Positions 41,553 through 51,766 of a DNA stretch of 64,000 nt are shown here, in pieces; positions within the stretch are counted from its first letter, which is position 1, and every line of letters starts with the position of its first letter. This stretch comes from Candidatus Latescibacterota bacterium (lineage in GTDB: Bacteria; Latescibacterota; UBA2968): assembly GCA_965205975.1 (NCBI GenBank), contig OZ242195.1, positions 2,080,001-2,144,000 of the forward strand, given 5' to 3'. The translations under genes and the position numbers were made by a program. Below the pieces are notes generated by a model. That model worked only from the letters and a program-made list of their open reading frames with translations. It did no database searches and was not told where the DNA came from.

Positions 41553-42383
41553 GTGAAAATCGGATACGGCACTTATGCAATGCAAACGGAAAACATCTTC
41601 GACGCGCTCCCGCGCCTGCGCGACACAGGTTACGAAGCCCTCGAAATCAACACGGGTGACGACTGGCCCACCGCCCCGCAAAAACTCGACACCGCTACCC
41701 GCGAAACACTTGTCAACACCATCCATGACCTCGGCTTTGAATCCCCCGTCACCATGGCTTTGATGCCCATCTGCACACAGGGTGATAGCCGTCCCGCCAT
41801 CCTCGAAAAATTTGACGATGCCTGTATCCTCGCCAGTGACCTCGCCTTCGGCGATGTTCCCGGCATCATCGTCAGCACACTCGGCGGACTGCACGGCACA
41901 TGGGACGAAGTCAAACACACCTATTGCGATCAACTCATCGAATTGGGCGACCGCGCCGCCAAACACAACGTCATCCTCGCAACCGAACCCCATGCGGGCC
42001 ACCCGCTCGACACCCCCCAAAAAGTCGATTGGCTCATGCGGCAAACCAATCACGACAACGTCAAAGTCAATTTCGACATGAGCCACTTTTACGTTGACGG
42101 TATCGATCTCCAGCCGAGCGTTGACCTATGTGCCCCTTACACCGTCTCCACCCACATCAAAGACGGCCATCGCGTCAACGGACAGGTGCGCTACCTCCTG
42201 CCCGGCGAAGGCGACTTCGACCTCGTCGCCTTTTTTAAAGCCGTCGCAGCCGCAGGCATCACCGTCCCAATCACCGTCGAAGTCACCGCGCAAATCTGGA
42301 GACAACCCGACTACGACCCCTGGCCCGTCGCCGAACAATGCTTCAGAGCCCTCGATAACGCGCGAAGAGACGCAGGTGTGTAA
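41553..42383 (+). CDS. Sugar phosphate isomerase/epimerase
   Basis: EPH, NFDMSH, HIKD, TVE; RBS AGGAGG. Confidence 0.88.
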   Translation: MKIGYGTYAMQTENIFDALPRLRDTGYEALEINTGDDWPTAPQKLDTATRETLVNTIHDLGFESPVTMALMPICTQGDSRPAILEKFDDACILASDLAFGDVPGIIVSTLGGLHGTWDEVKHTYCDQLIELGDRAAKHNVILATEPHAGHPLDTPQKVDWLMRQTNHDNVKVNFDMSHFYVDGIDLQPSVDLCAPYTVSTHIKDGHRVNGQVRYLLPGEGDFDLVAFFKAVAAAGITVPITVEVTAQIWRQPDYDPWPVAEQCFRALDNARRDAGV

Positions 42384-42482
42384 GAGATACGCCAGAATCC
42401 AAGCAGGGTATGGAAAACCTCAAAGGAATATGTTATTTTTGGGGCTTATATTCAATAATGCCGGTGGTTTTGAGGTGATTAT

Positions 42483-42674
42483 ATGGCGTTAATAGAAATT
42501 TTGTTTGTCTCTTTTGCTGTTGCGGTTATTTGGAATTGGTGGAGGGGCAAAGAAATAAGTTTCTCGAACATTCTCAAAGTGGGTGCTATCGTTTTTCTTG
42601 TACTATTTGTTTTGTGGACAATTTTTGTTGCGTTTTTTGTCGCGTCTGTGATGCCTCCATTTCCTACCTATTGA
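42483..42674 (+). CDS. Small two-TM membrane protein
   Basis: GAGGTG RBS, two hydrophobic segments, AT-rich. Confidence 0.55.
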   Translation: MALIEILFVSFAVAVIWNWWRGKEISFSNILKVGAIVFLVLFVLWTIFVAFFVASVMPPFPTY

Positions 42675-42710
42675 TCGCGTGGTGATTTCTTAAAATGAAA
42701 GGAGTTTTAC

Positions 42711-43322
42711 ATGAGACGGATTATCATTTTTTGTTTACTTGGTATATGTATTCCGTCAGAGTCTTTTGGAGAAGGAATTTTTGGACTCAAAAAAGGGATG
42801 ACGCTGAAAGAAATAAAAAAATTAGAGTTTGGATATATAAAACAACTTGAGGATGATCCCACTGTTTTTGGGGTTGAGCAACCCAAAAAGCCACAAGGCG
42901 CAGACTATGTGTATTTTGTAGTGATACCAGAAATGGGATTGATGAAAGTCCGTTTTTATTGGACGATAGAGGCTAATCCTTACGGGGATGAATTGAAAAG
43001 AAAATTTGACGACCTGAAAAGCATATTATCTGAAAAATATGGCGACGGGGAAAAAATTGATTATTTAAAATCAGATTCTATCTGGGACAACCCCCAATAT
43101 TATATGAGAAGTTTAAAAGATAACGAAAGAGAATTAGCTTGGCATTTAACAGGTTTTTCCGATTCAAATAAATGGGAACTTGAGTATGTCGGAATTGTGG
43201 CAGGGGCAGAAGAAAATCCAATGTTGTTTCTTACCAGAGGTCTTTTTGAAGGTTTTGTATATTTAGATTACGAGTTTCGAGGATTGAGAGATTATTGGGA
43301 TAGACAAAATTCACAGTTTTAA
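42711..43322 (+). CDS. Secreted hypothetical protein
   Basis: AAGGAG RBS, signal peptide, FGLKKGMT and KYG motifs. Confidence 0.65.
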   Translation: MRRIIIFCLLGICIPSESFGEGIFGLKKGMTLKEIKKLEFGYIKQLEDDPTVFGVEQPKKPQGADYVYFVVIPEMGLMKVRFYWTIEANPYGDELKRKFDDLKSILSEKYGDGEKIDYLKSDSIWDNPQYYMRSLKDNERELAWHLTGFSDSNKWELEYVGIVAGAEENPMLFLTRGLFEGFVYLDYEFRGLRDYWDRQNSQF

Positions 43323-43442
43323 GTGATTAGTGCTAAAAAAAGCGTCGCAATTTTGTCTGTAAATTTCCTCGGCACTATTGAATATAATCTCCTTATTTTT
43401 AGATAAACGAATGATCTGACCTTACTCTTGGAGAAAAACGCC

Positions 43443-44849
43443 ATGCAATCTGCCAATGGCTCAAAATCGACACCCGTGACATTTCGGTTCAAAAATATAG
43501 GTCCTGTAAAAGAGGCCGAAATGGAACTGGGCGATCTCACGATCATTGCTGGCCGTAATAACACCGGCAAAACGTATTTGGCATATACGCTTTATGGCTT
43601 CTTGAAAATGTGGCGAGAATGGGCAGATCTATCATCTACCCCATCTGTCAATATGCCAGCTCCAAACTTTGAGCAACTCATCGAAACAGTCATCACAACG
43701 GGCAAGGCAAAACGTTCGATAGATAGAGAATCGTTCAACACGGAGCGAGCGGCAGTAATCCAAGTGCTGGCAAAGGATTTCTCTAACGATGTTTTGTCAG
43801 ATGTGTTTAGTTCTGCAAAAATCGCTTTTGAAGACGCATCTCTCGAAATTGTGCTGAACGATGCGTTTCCCGTGGAAATTCTGCCTCAGAAAGAGGGTAA
43901 TTTTTCTGTTGCCTATGACGGAAGCAATATTGTCATGGAACAAGACCCCATCTCGCTAAATGACTCCTTGTTTCAAACGCTATCTCGGATTTATAAACTT
44001 TACTTGTCGTTCTTATTTCCTGAGCTTCCTACGCCATTTATTCTCTCAGCCGAACGTTTCGGCATCTCGCTTTTCTACAAGGAACTCGACTTTACCAGAA
44101 ACCAATTGGTAAATTTACTACAAAAGATGGGAGACAAGGACAATCGAAATCGCTTTGCTTCATTTCTCATTGACGAAACAACCAGTCGCTATGCTCTTCC
44201 CATAAAGGACAATATCAACTACACCAGAAGCATAGGTGATTTCCGCACGCAAAAAAGTGCGATTTATGAAGATAAATTATTCAACGACATAAAGAATATG
44301 ATGGAAGGCTACTATACAAGCTCTGACGACGTTATCGAATTCAGGTCAAAAGCACGCGGAAAACGCAGATTCCACATACCATTGCACATCGCCTCATCTT
44401 CAGCGCGTGGTCTGTCTGACCTATACTTCTACCTTCGTCATGTCGCAGAGAAAAATCATCTTCTCATCATTGACGAGCCAGAAAGTCATCTCGATACAAC
44501 CAATCAGATACTGTTGGCACGCTTACTGGCACGGTTTGTTCATGCTGGCTTAAAAGTTCTGATAACCACGCACAGCGACTATCTCATCAAAGAGATCAAT
44601 AACCTCATCATGTTGAGCAAACCTTTTGACAACAAAGAGGAGGTCGTTCAGAAACTCGGATACAAAGAGAACGATTTACTTGAATCAGATTCCGTCCGGG
44701 CGTACGTCGCAGAAGGAGATGGCTTAAGCAAGTGCGAAGTGGATGACTTTGGCATAGATATGCCAGTCTTCGACGAGACCATCGACAAAATCAATCGCGT
44801 ATCAAATGAACTCGCAACACGACTGACGGCGGAGGATGGAAAAACGTAA
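43443..44849 (+). CDS. ABC-type (AAA_15/AAA_21-like) ATPase, putative defence component
   Basis: KNIGPV, Walker A GRNNTGKT, Walker B LLIIDEPESHL, ITTHSDY. Confidence 0.88.
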   Translation: MQSANGSKSTPVTFRFKNIGPVKEAEMELGDLTIIAGRNNTGKTYLAYTLYGFLKMWREWADLSSTPSVNMPAPNFEQLIETVITTGKAKRSIDRESFNTERAAVIQVLAKDFSNDVLSDVFSSAKIAFEDASLEIVLNDAFPVEILPQKEGNFSVAYDGSNIVMEQDPISLNDSLFQTLSRIYKLYLSFLFPELPTPFILSAERFGISLFYKELDFTRNQLVNLLQKMGDKDNRNRFASFLIDETTSRYALPIKDNINYTRSIGDFRTQKSAIYEDKLFNDIKNMMEGYYTSSDDVIEFRSKARGKRRFHIPLHIASSSARGLSDLYFYLRHVAEKNHLLIIDEPESHLDTTNQILLARLLARFVHAGLKVLITTHSDYLIKEINNLIMLSKPFDNKEEVVQKLGYKENDLLESDSVRAYVAEGDGLSKCEVDDFGIDMPVFDETIDKINRVSNELATRLTAEDGKT

Positions 44850-45387
44850 AATGTCTCTAAACTCGATATTGGAAAAGGTTTTGAAGGAAGATGCGCTACT
44901 AAAAAAAAGAAATGATGATTTAATTCTCCGAGAGCGTCAAGCGAATATGATTGTTCAAGTCGTCGGTGCTCCCGTGCTCGTCACCGCGATACGCCTGAAC
45001 AAATTTAGCCACTTTTCGGTTTTGAAGAACGACAATTCTCGGACAACAAAATGCGACTATCTATTAATCGTTGAATTGGACGGTACCATCCACGCCATTT
45101 TTATAGAAATGAAAAAGACCTTTACACAAGAAAATGAACCAAGAGAACAGCTACGACGATCGCGGCCTTTTCTGGCTTACCTTCTTTCTGTCTGCGAAAT
45201 TGAAAACGAGTTTATCCTTGATCCAAAACCCATCGAAAAATACGTTATTATCGCAGAAAAATTCAGCGAGAGATTCGATAAACAGCGAGTGAAGCCAAAC
45301 AACATTCCTACAGAACACTACAAGGGAATAGAAATAAGAAACATAGTAAAAACCACCGTCTCTCTTGCCGACTTGACAAATAGCTAA
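44836..45387 (+). CDS. ATPase-coupled protein with PD-(D/E)XK-like motif
   Basis: KCDYLLI..IFIEMKK..EQL; overlaps the ATPase stop. Confidence 0.6.
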   Translation: MEKRKMSLNSILEKVLKEDALLKKRNDDLILRERQANMIVQVVGAPVLVTAIRLNKFSHFSVLKNDNSRTTKCDYLLIVELDGTIHAIFIEMKKTFTQENEPREQLRRSRPFLAYLLSVCEIENEFILDPKPIEKYVIIAEKFSERFDKQRVKPNNIPTEHYKGIEIRNIVKTTVSLADLTNS

Positions 45388-45448
45388 ATCTGAGCAGGTT
45401 TACTCGAAGACCTGACCCAGAATGGGTTGTTGAATAAGGAGAGCCATA

Positions 45449-46429
45449 GTGAATTACTGGCAGATCGCAACAGGAGCCGAAGGCCGCGACTATGCTGAAT
45501 ATATGCTACAATATGGCATTGCTCTTGTTGGAGGAGAGGAATACATAGACACAATACAGAAGGTGCAGCCTGGTGATGTTGTGATTTTAAAAAAGGGCAA
45601 CACACAAATTGTAGCAACTGGACATGCAGTTGAGCGGAATGGCGTCTGTTCTGGAAAAAGAGAGAGTCGTGATTTTGATGGGTGGGATCTTGGCGGTTAC
45701 TGTTATGTCAATTGGCATGGACCTCATCCACCTATTGCTGCTGGAGGACTGGCAAGACAGACGATTTGCAGGGTTGGCAATAACAATCTCCCCCCAAGGA
45801 ATCAAGCAGATAAAATAATGAATATGTATAATGTCAATGAAGCATACGATCCAGAGCCTTTTATCCAGCAAATTGATGACGAGCAAATCCTTAATTTTCT
45901 GATTAGAGAGGGATTTCGGCCTGGTGCGGCCGAAGATTTGACAGAAGCTTTCAGTCGAATTCGACGATTGGCTCGCTATTATATAGATCAACCTAGAGAT
46001 CAACCTTGGGAAAATATTCGCGAGCACGAAACCCGAACTTTTTTGGTAATCCCACTGCTTCTGGCTTTAGGTTGGGCGGAACAGCAGATAAAGATTGAGT
46101 ATCCTGTAGGACGAAAAAAAGCTGATATTGTCTGCTTTTCTCGACCCTATTTCCAACCTGATAAACAATGCGAGATTGTAATTGAAACTAAAGATTTCAA
46201 GACAGGGCTGGATGATGCACTTGATCAAGCCATAGAGTACGCGGAGATACTTGGTAGTAATATCGTCGTTTTAACAAATGGATATTGCTATAAAATTTAT
46301 GGTCGCGACGATCCGAATGGAGAATTTATGCCCCATGCCTATCTGAATATTTTTTCTCCTACAGACTGTTATCCCCGAGATGAAAAAATAAAAGGAGCAC
46401 TTGAAGTGTTCCGACTACTTCTTCCATAG
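45449..46429 (+). CDS. EVE/PUA-like N-terminal domain fused to HsdR_N-type nuclease
   Basis: YWQI..QPGDVVI..IVATG; ETRTFLVIPLLLALGW..EY..ADI..IETK..QAIEY..LTNG. Confidence 0.65.
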   Translation: MNYWQIATGAEGRDYAEYMLQYGIALVGGEEYIDTIQKVQPGDVVILKKGNTQIVATGHAVERNGVCSGKRESRDFDGWDLGGYCYVNWHGPHPPIAAGGLARQTICRVGNNNLPPRNQADKIMNMYNVNEAYDPEPFIQQIDDEQILNFLIREGFRPGAAEDLTEAFSRIRRLARYYIDQPRDQPWENIREHETRTFLVIPLLLALGWAEQQIKIEYPVGRKKADIVCFSRPYFQPDKQCEIVIETKDFKTGLDDALDQAIEYAEILGSNIVVLTNGYCYKIYGRDDPNGEFMPHAYLNIFSPTDCYPRDEKIKGALEVFRLLLP

Positions 46430-46459
46430 ATGTCAAACAGATCCATATTTTAATTTTTC

Positions 46460-47887
46460 ATGCCCTACAACATCCTCCTCATCCTGACCGATCAACAGCG
46501 CTGGGACTCGCTCGGTTGTTGCGGTATAGGCGGCGTACACACCCCCAACCTCGACCGCCTTGCCAGTGAAGGCACGCGCTACGACCAGTGCTATGTCAAC
46601 AATCCGATATGCACGCCCAGTCGCGCCAGCCTCTGGACCGGCAAACACCTGCCCGGTCACGGCGTCTATCGCCTGCACGATGTTCTACCCCAGGATGAAA
46701 TCCTCTTTCCCCATCACCTGCGCGAAGCCGGATACGACACCGCGCTCTTTGGCAAACTCCACGTTGCCGGTCACATGTGGGAAATGCAATACCGCCACCG
46801 CTTCGACGGCTTCAACACCTATGAATGGGCACCCGACCCCAATGGGTATCGCGGATGCGACACCGCGTACTTCCGCTGGCTTGCAGTACATCACCCCGAC
46901 ATTCTCCAGCGCTGGAAACGCGACGGCAACCGCATCGGCCATGTGCGCGCCGAAGCCCACTTCACCACCTGGGCCGCCGACCGCACCACCGACTATCTCC
47001 ACCGCATGCAGGGCACACATCAGCCCTTCTTCTGTTGCATGAGCGTCTTTGATCCCCACAGCCCCTATACAAATTATCCCAAAGAATACGCTGACTATCT
47101 CGACATCAATGCCCTGCCCGAACCTTTTGCCGTAGATGAATCCTTCGATCACCGCCCAATCGCACACTGGCGAGAGCATAACGGGCGATCTTTCCCCTCA
47201 ACGGACACCCTGCGCGAAAGCCGCATCGGCTACCACGCTGCCATCACCCTCATCGACGAACAAATCGGGCGCGTCTTGCAAACACTCGACGACACAAATT
47301 TTGCGGACAACACCATCGTCATCTTTGCCAGCGACCACGGCGACATGCTCGGCGATCACGGCCTCACCGTCAAAGGCGCGTACATGTACGACACCTGCAC
47401 CCGGGTGCCCATGATCATCCGCGTGCCAGGCGAACCCGGCGGTCAAATCATCGACGCCCCCTGCCAACTTCACGACATTGCTCCAACCGCACTCGCCATC
47501 GCTGGATGCGAACAACCCGACCTCATGCCCGACGCATGCGACCTCCTGGACACCAACGCCTTGCAACAACGCGGCTATGCCGTCTGCATGCACCGCAACT
47601 CGAGCACCACCCGCGGAGGCTATCACAACCCGGAATTGCACATCACCATGTGGCGAGAAGACCGCTACAAACTCAGCATCTACCACGCGCCACAACCCGG
47701 ACCCGACGATTGCCCCGGCGAACTCTTTGACCTGGAAACAGACCCCGACGAAATGAACAACCTCTGGTTCGACGCCGACATGTCCGACACCCGCGACCAA
47801 CTCATCCACAAACTCACGACTTTTCTCGTACAACAAGATGCACAGGGACGCGCGCGAGGTAGCGAAGCCCTGCCGCCGGGATTTTAG
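46460..47887 (+). CDS. Formylglycine-dependent sulfatase
   Basis: TDQQR, CTPSRASLWTG, GKLH, DPH, SDHGD. Confidence 0.93.
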   Translation: MPYNILLILTDQQRWDSLGCCGIGGVHTPNLDRLASEGTRYDQCYVNNPICTPSRASLWTGKHLPGHGVYRLHDVLPQDEILFPHHLREAGYDTALFGKLHVAGHMWEMQYRHRFDGFNTYEWAPDPNGYRGCDTAYFRWLAVHHPDILQRWKRDGNRIGHVRAEAHFTTWAADRTTDYLHRMQGTHQPFFCCMSVFDPHSPYTNYPKEYADYLDINALPEPFAVDESFDHRPIAHWREHNGRSFPSTDTLRESRIGYHAAITLIDEQIGRVLQTLDDTNFADNTIVIFASDHGDMLGDHGLTVKGAYMYDTCTRVPMIIRVPGEPGGQIIDAPCQLHDIAPTALAIAGCEQPDLMPDACDLLDTNALQQRGYAVCMHRNSSTTRGGYHNPELHITMWREDRYKLSIYHAPQPGPDDCPGELFDLETDPDEMNNLWFDADMSDTRDQLIHKLTTFLVQQDAQGRARGSEALPPGF

Positions 47888-47898
47888 AAAGAACGCTC

Positions 47899-49062
47899 AT
47901 GACAAAAACCATCATCATGCCCAAATATGGGCTTCAGCAAGACAATGGCACCGTCGTTGAATGGCGCGTCAAAGAAGGCGACCACGTCAACAAGGGCGAC
48001 ATCCTCCTCGACCTGGAAACAGACAAAGCCCTCTTTGAATACGAATCGCCCGAAAGTGGTTACGTCCGCAAACTCGTCGCCCAAAACGGCGAAGAAGTGC
48101 CAGTGCTCTCGGTCATTGCCATCATCACCGACGAAGCCGACGAAGCCATTGAAGATCAAGCACCTGCCAGCACTGACGCCCCCACAGAGGAACCGCGCCA
48201 AATAGCGGACACCGCAGAGCGAGAACCCGTGCTGGAAGCCCCCACCCAGCGCATCAAACGCTCTCCTGCTGCCCGCCGCCGCGCCCGCGAACTCAAAATT
48301 GACCTCGCCAACATCGCAGGTACTGGTCCCGGTGGTCGCATCGTACTCGCCGATGTCGAACTCGCGGCATCTGCGGCACCATCTTCCACCACACTATCGC
48401 GCATGCGCCAGGCCATTGGCAGAACCATGGCCTATAGCAAAAGCACCATCCCGCACTTCTACGTTGCCACTGAAATAGACATGACCGACGCGGAAATCTG
48501 GCGCAAAAACCTCGCTGAAACCGACGCCATCAAGCTCTCTGTCACCGACCTCTTTGTCAAAGCCGCTGCCGATGCCCTCACCCAATACCCGGCACTCAAC
48601 GCCAGCCTTGACGGAGATACCGCCGTTATCGTACACGACACAGTCGATATCGGCCTTGCCGTTGGCACCGACGACGGCCTCGTCGTCCCGGTCATTCCAA
48701 ATGCCGATCAGGCATTTCTGACCGATCTCGCCGACGAACGCACCCAGCGCGTCGAAGAAGCCAGACAGGGCAAAATGCGCGGCGATGCCAGTGCCACCTT
48801 CACCATCTCGAACCTGGGGATGTACGGTATCACATCTTTCACTGCCATCGTCAATCCCCCCGAAGCCGCCATCTTAGCCGTCGGTGCAGCCATCGCTCGC
48901 GTTGTCCCCATCGGCGATACCATGACCATCGCCGTTCGCCAAATCGCTGAAGTCACACTCTCCGCTGACCACCGCCTCGTCGATGGCGTGGTTGCGGCTC
49001 AATTTTTACAGGCACTAAAACAAAATCTTGAAGACACAAACAAATTGGAAAGCTGGTTGTAA
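47899..49062 (+). CDS. Dihydrolipoamide acyltransferase (E2)
   Basis: Lipoyl ETDKA, SPAARR..GTGPGGRI, ISNLG, DHRLVDG. Confidence 0.93.
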   Translation: MTKTIIMPKYGLQQDNGTVVEWRVKEGDHVNKGDILLDLETDKALFEYESPESGYVRKLVAQNGEEVPVLSVIAIITDEADEAIEDQAPASTDAPTEEPRQIADTAEREPVLEAPTQRIKRSPAARRRARELKIDLANIAGTGPGGRIVLADVELAASAAPSSTTLSRMRQAIGRTMAYSKSTIPHFYVATEIDMTDAEIWRKNLAETDAIKLSVTDLFVKAAADALTQYPALNASLDGDTAVIVHDTVDIGLAVGTDDGLVVPVIPNADQAFLTDLADERTQRVEEARQGKMRGDASATFTISNLGMYGITSFTAIVNPPEAAILAVGAAIARVVPIGDTMTIAVRQIAEVTLSADHRLVDGVVAAQFLQALKQNLEDTNKLESWL

Positions 49063-49074
49063 AAAGGAGCCTTT

Positions 49075-50037
49075 ATGTCCCTACCCTCTGAAATCCTGAT
49101 CAAAATGTACCGCGCCATGCTCCGCATCCGCCGTTTTGAAGAACAAATCTGGGAAGTCTATACCGGCGGCCTCATGCACGGACTGGCACACCTCTACATC
49201 GGCGAAGAAGCCGTTGCCGTGGGCGTTTGCGCTGCGCTGCGCGACGACGACTTCATCACCAGCACCCATCGCGGACACGGGCACTGCGTTGCCAAAGGCG
49301 GGAACCTCGAAGCCATGATGGCTGAAGTGATGGGCCGCGTCACGGGCCACTGCCGCGGAAAAGGCGGCTCCATGCACATTGCCGACATGTCCGTTGGTAT
49401 CCTCGGCGCAAATGGCATTGTCGGCGGTGGATTTGGCATTGCCACAGGCGCGGCACTCTCAGCCCAAAAACGCGGCACCGACCAGGTTGCCGTCTGCTTC
49501 TTTGGCGACGGCGCCTCCAATCAGGGTATCTTCTTCGAAGTCATGAACTTCGCCGCAATATGGAAACTCCCGGTCATCTACGTCTGCGAAAACAACCACT
49601 ACGGCGAATACACCCCCACCGGAAACGTCACCGCGGGCAAAAGCATCGCGGATCGCTCCCTGCCCTTCGGCATTCCCAGCACAACCGTAGATGGCAGCGA
49701 CGCCATTGCCGTGTACGAAGCCACTGCTGAAGCAGTCGAACGCGCCAGAAAGGGCGACGGCGCCACGCTCATCGAATGCGACACGTACCGCTATCGCGGG
49801 CACCACGTTGGCGATCCCGGAGAAGGCTATCGATCAAAAGAAGAAATCGAATCCTGGATGGCCAAAGACCCCATCCAGTTGCTTCGCACAAAAATCTTAG
49901 ACGACAACATCGCCTCTGGAGCCGAACTCGATGCGGAAGAGCGCGAAGTCGAAAAAGAAATGGAAAACGCGCTCGAAGCTGCCAAAGCCGCGCCTTATCC
50001 CGATGTCGAGGAGGTCCATCAACATGTCTATGCGTGA
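49075..50037 (+). CDS. TPP-dependent dehydrogenase E1 alpha (acetoin/pyruvate type)
   Basis: STHRGHGH, GGSMH, FGDGASN..ENN, YRYRGH. Confidence 0.93.
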   Translation: MSLPSEILIKMYRAMLRIRRFEEQIWEVYTGGLMHGLAHLYIGEEAVAVGVCAALRDDDFITSTHRGHGHCVAKGGNLEAMMAEVMGRVTGHCRGKGGSMHIADMSVGILGANGIVGGGFGIATGAALSAQKRGTDQVAVCFFGDGASNQGIFFEVMNFAAIWKLPVIYVCENNHYGEYTPTGNVTAGKSIADRSLPFGIPSTTVDGSDAIAVYEATAEAVERARKGDGATLIECDTYRYRGHHVGDPGEGYRSKEEIESWMAKDPIQLLRTKILDDNIASGAELDAEEREVEKEMENALEAAKAAPYPDVEEVHQHVYA

Positions 50038-51001
50038 AATGACTTATGGCGAAGCCGTCAAAGAAGCCATCGCCGAAGAAATGCGCCGCGATCCCACGGT
50101 CTTTCTCATGGGCGAAGACGTCGGCAAAGCGGGCACGGTCTTCAAAGTCCTCCTCGGTTTGCACGACGAATTTGGCGACGATCGCGTCATCGACACACCC
50201 ATTGCAGAAGCGGGTCTCGTCGGCCTCGGCGTCGGTGCTGCGCTTACCGGCTCGCGTCCCATTGTCGATATCATGTTTGGCGACTTCATCACCCTGGCAA
50301 TGGACCAGATCGTAAACCAGGCCGCTAAACTGCGCTACATGTCCGGTGGTCAGGCCATTGTGCCCATCACCATCCGCTCCACAATGGGCGCGGGACGTTC
50401 CTCTGCCGCACAGCATTCGCAGAGCCTGCACGCCTGGCTCGCACACATCCCCGGCCTCAAAGTCGCCATCCCCTCCACACCCGCCGACGCCAAGGGCCTC
50501 TTCAAAACCGCCGTTAGAGACGACAACCCCGTCGTCATTTACGAGGACAAAATGATGTACGCCCTCAAAGGCATGGTCCCCACCGAAGAAGACTACACCA
50601 TACCCTTTGGACAGGCCGACATCAAACGCGAAGGCGACGATGTCACCCTCATCGCCACATCGAGCATGGTCCACGTCGCCCTCGAAGCTGCCGACACACT
50701 TGCCGAACAGGGTATAAGTGCCGAAGTCGTTGACCCGCGCACCCTCGTTCCCCTCGATAGCGAAACCCTCATCGAATCCGTGGTCAAAACCACCCGTGCC
50801 GTCATCATCGACGAAGGCTATAAAAATTTTGGTATCACAGGAGAAATCGCCTCCATCGTCTATAACGGCGCCTTTGACTACATCGACGCGCCCATTGTCC
50901 GCCTCGGCGCAATGGACGTCCCCGTACCGTTTAGCAAACCCCTCGAAGACGCCACAATCCCCACGCCCGAAGATGTGATCAAAGCCGTGCAGGACATGTA
51001 A
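50024..51001 (+). CDS. TPP-dependent dehydrogenase E1 beta
   Basis: GEDV, DTPIAE, MDQIVNQAAK, AQHSQS; GAGGAGG RBS. Confidence 0.93.
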   Translation: MSMREMTYGEAVKEAIAEEMRRDPTVFLMGEDVGKAGTVFKVLLGLHDEFGDDRVIDTPIAEAGLVGLGVGAALTGSRPIVDIMFGDFITLAMDQIVNQAAKLRYMSGGQAIVPITIRSTMGAGRSSAAQHSQSLHAWLAHIPGLKVAIPSTPADAKGLFKTAVRDDNPVVIYEDKMMYALKGMVPTEEDYTIPFGQADIKREGDDVTLIATSSMVHVALEAADTLAEQGISAEVVDPRTLVPLDSETLIESVVKTTRAVIIDEGYKNFGITGEIASIVYNGAFDYIDAPIVRLGAMDVPVPFSKPLEDATIPTPEDVIKAVQDM

Positions 51002-51006
51002 ATCAT

Positions 51007-51065
51007 CCGCGGATGAACGCAGATAAACGCAGATGAATTTTAGGGGCAGTGCCTCGTGCCTGCCC
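51007..51065. repeat. Decamer repeat (ACGCAGAT core) plus REP-like hairpin
   Basis: ccgcggatgaacgcagataaacgcagat and TAGGGGCAGtgcctcgtgcCTGCCC. Confidence 0.7.
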
Positions 51066-51073
51066 GTTCATCG

Positions 51074-51106
51074 AAAAAAATAAGCCCGGCGATCTGCCGG
51101 GCTTTT
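51074..51106 (+). terminator. Intrinsic terminator
   Basis: AAGCCCGGC-gatct-GCCGGGCTTTT with upstream A-tract. Confidence 0.85.
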
Positions 51107-51390
51107 GTATCTATCCATGCTATCCACGCGCCAATTCAATCGTATAATTGCCGAACTCCCATGCACCTATTTTATACAGATAGGCGCATGGGGATGTTAT
51201 TTAGAAGGGTTAGAATGGGTTAAAAAGGGGTTGCTGTTGTGTCACCGTGCCAGTATCTTTTTAGAGTACTGAGCGAGATTACCAGGAAAAGTACTTAGAG
51301 AAGGAGTACATTTCCGGTGAAGCCGGACAGACACCCACATATCTGTCCAGCAGGCAAAATCTTGCAAAAAACCCACAGGAGGAGTGTTCC

Positions 51391-51766
51391 CATGTCCGTT
51401 TTAGAACAATCGACCTCACAGGAAAAGAAAAAAAAATGGTCAAAAAAATGGTCCATTGGTCAATCGTGGTTTGGGTGGGCTAAATACTTTCGCAAGGCAA
51501 TAACAATAAAGATAAAATATAGATACTGGCGTTCTGATTTTTTGTTTGTTGGATTCCTTGAAGACTATCCAGATTATTGGACGCAAGGCGAAACCCTTCA
51601 AGAATTGAAAGAACATCTGGTTGATATTTACATGGAAGTTAATAATCCTGAGTCTCTCGGAGCTAATAGTGTTCATGATAAACTCCCGAATGATGACGTT
51701 CCCTCAGCACACAAGACTGATGCACTGGTACTGACACTCAGAGTGCAGGTGCATGAAAAGAGTTGA
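51391..51766 (+). CDS. hicB: HicB-family antitoxin
   Basis: FVGFLEDYPDYWTQGETLQELKEHL; AGGAGG RBS before ATG 51391. Confidence 0.75.

Noticed and set aside
42390..42410. ARIQAG-like stretch as a further copy of the sulfatase tail
   Set aside because: Too short and dissimilar at DNA level; likely chance
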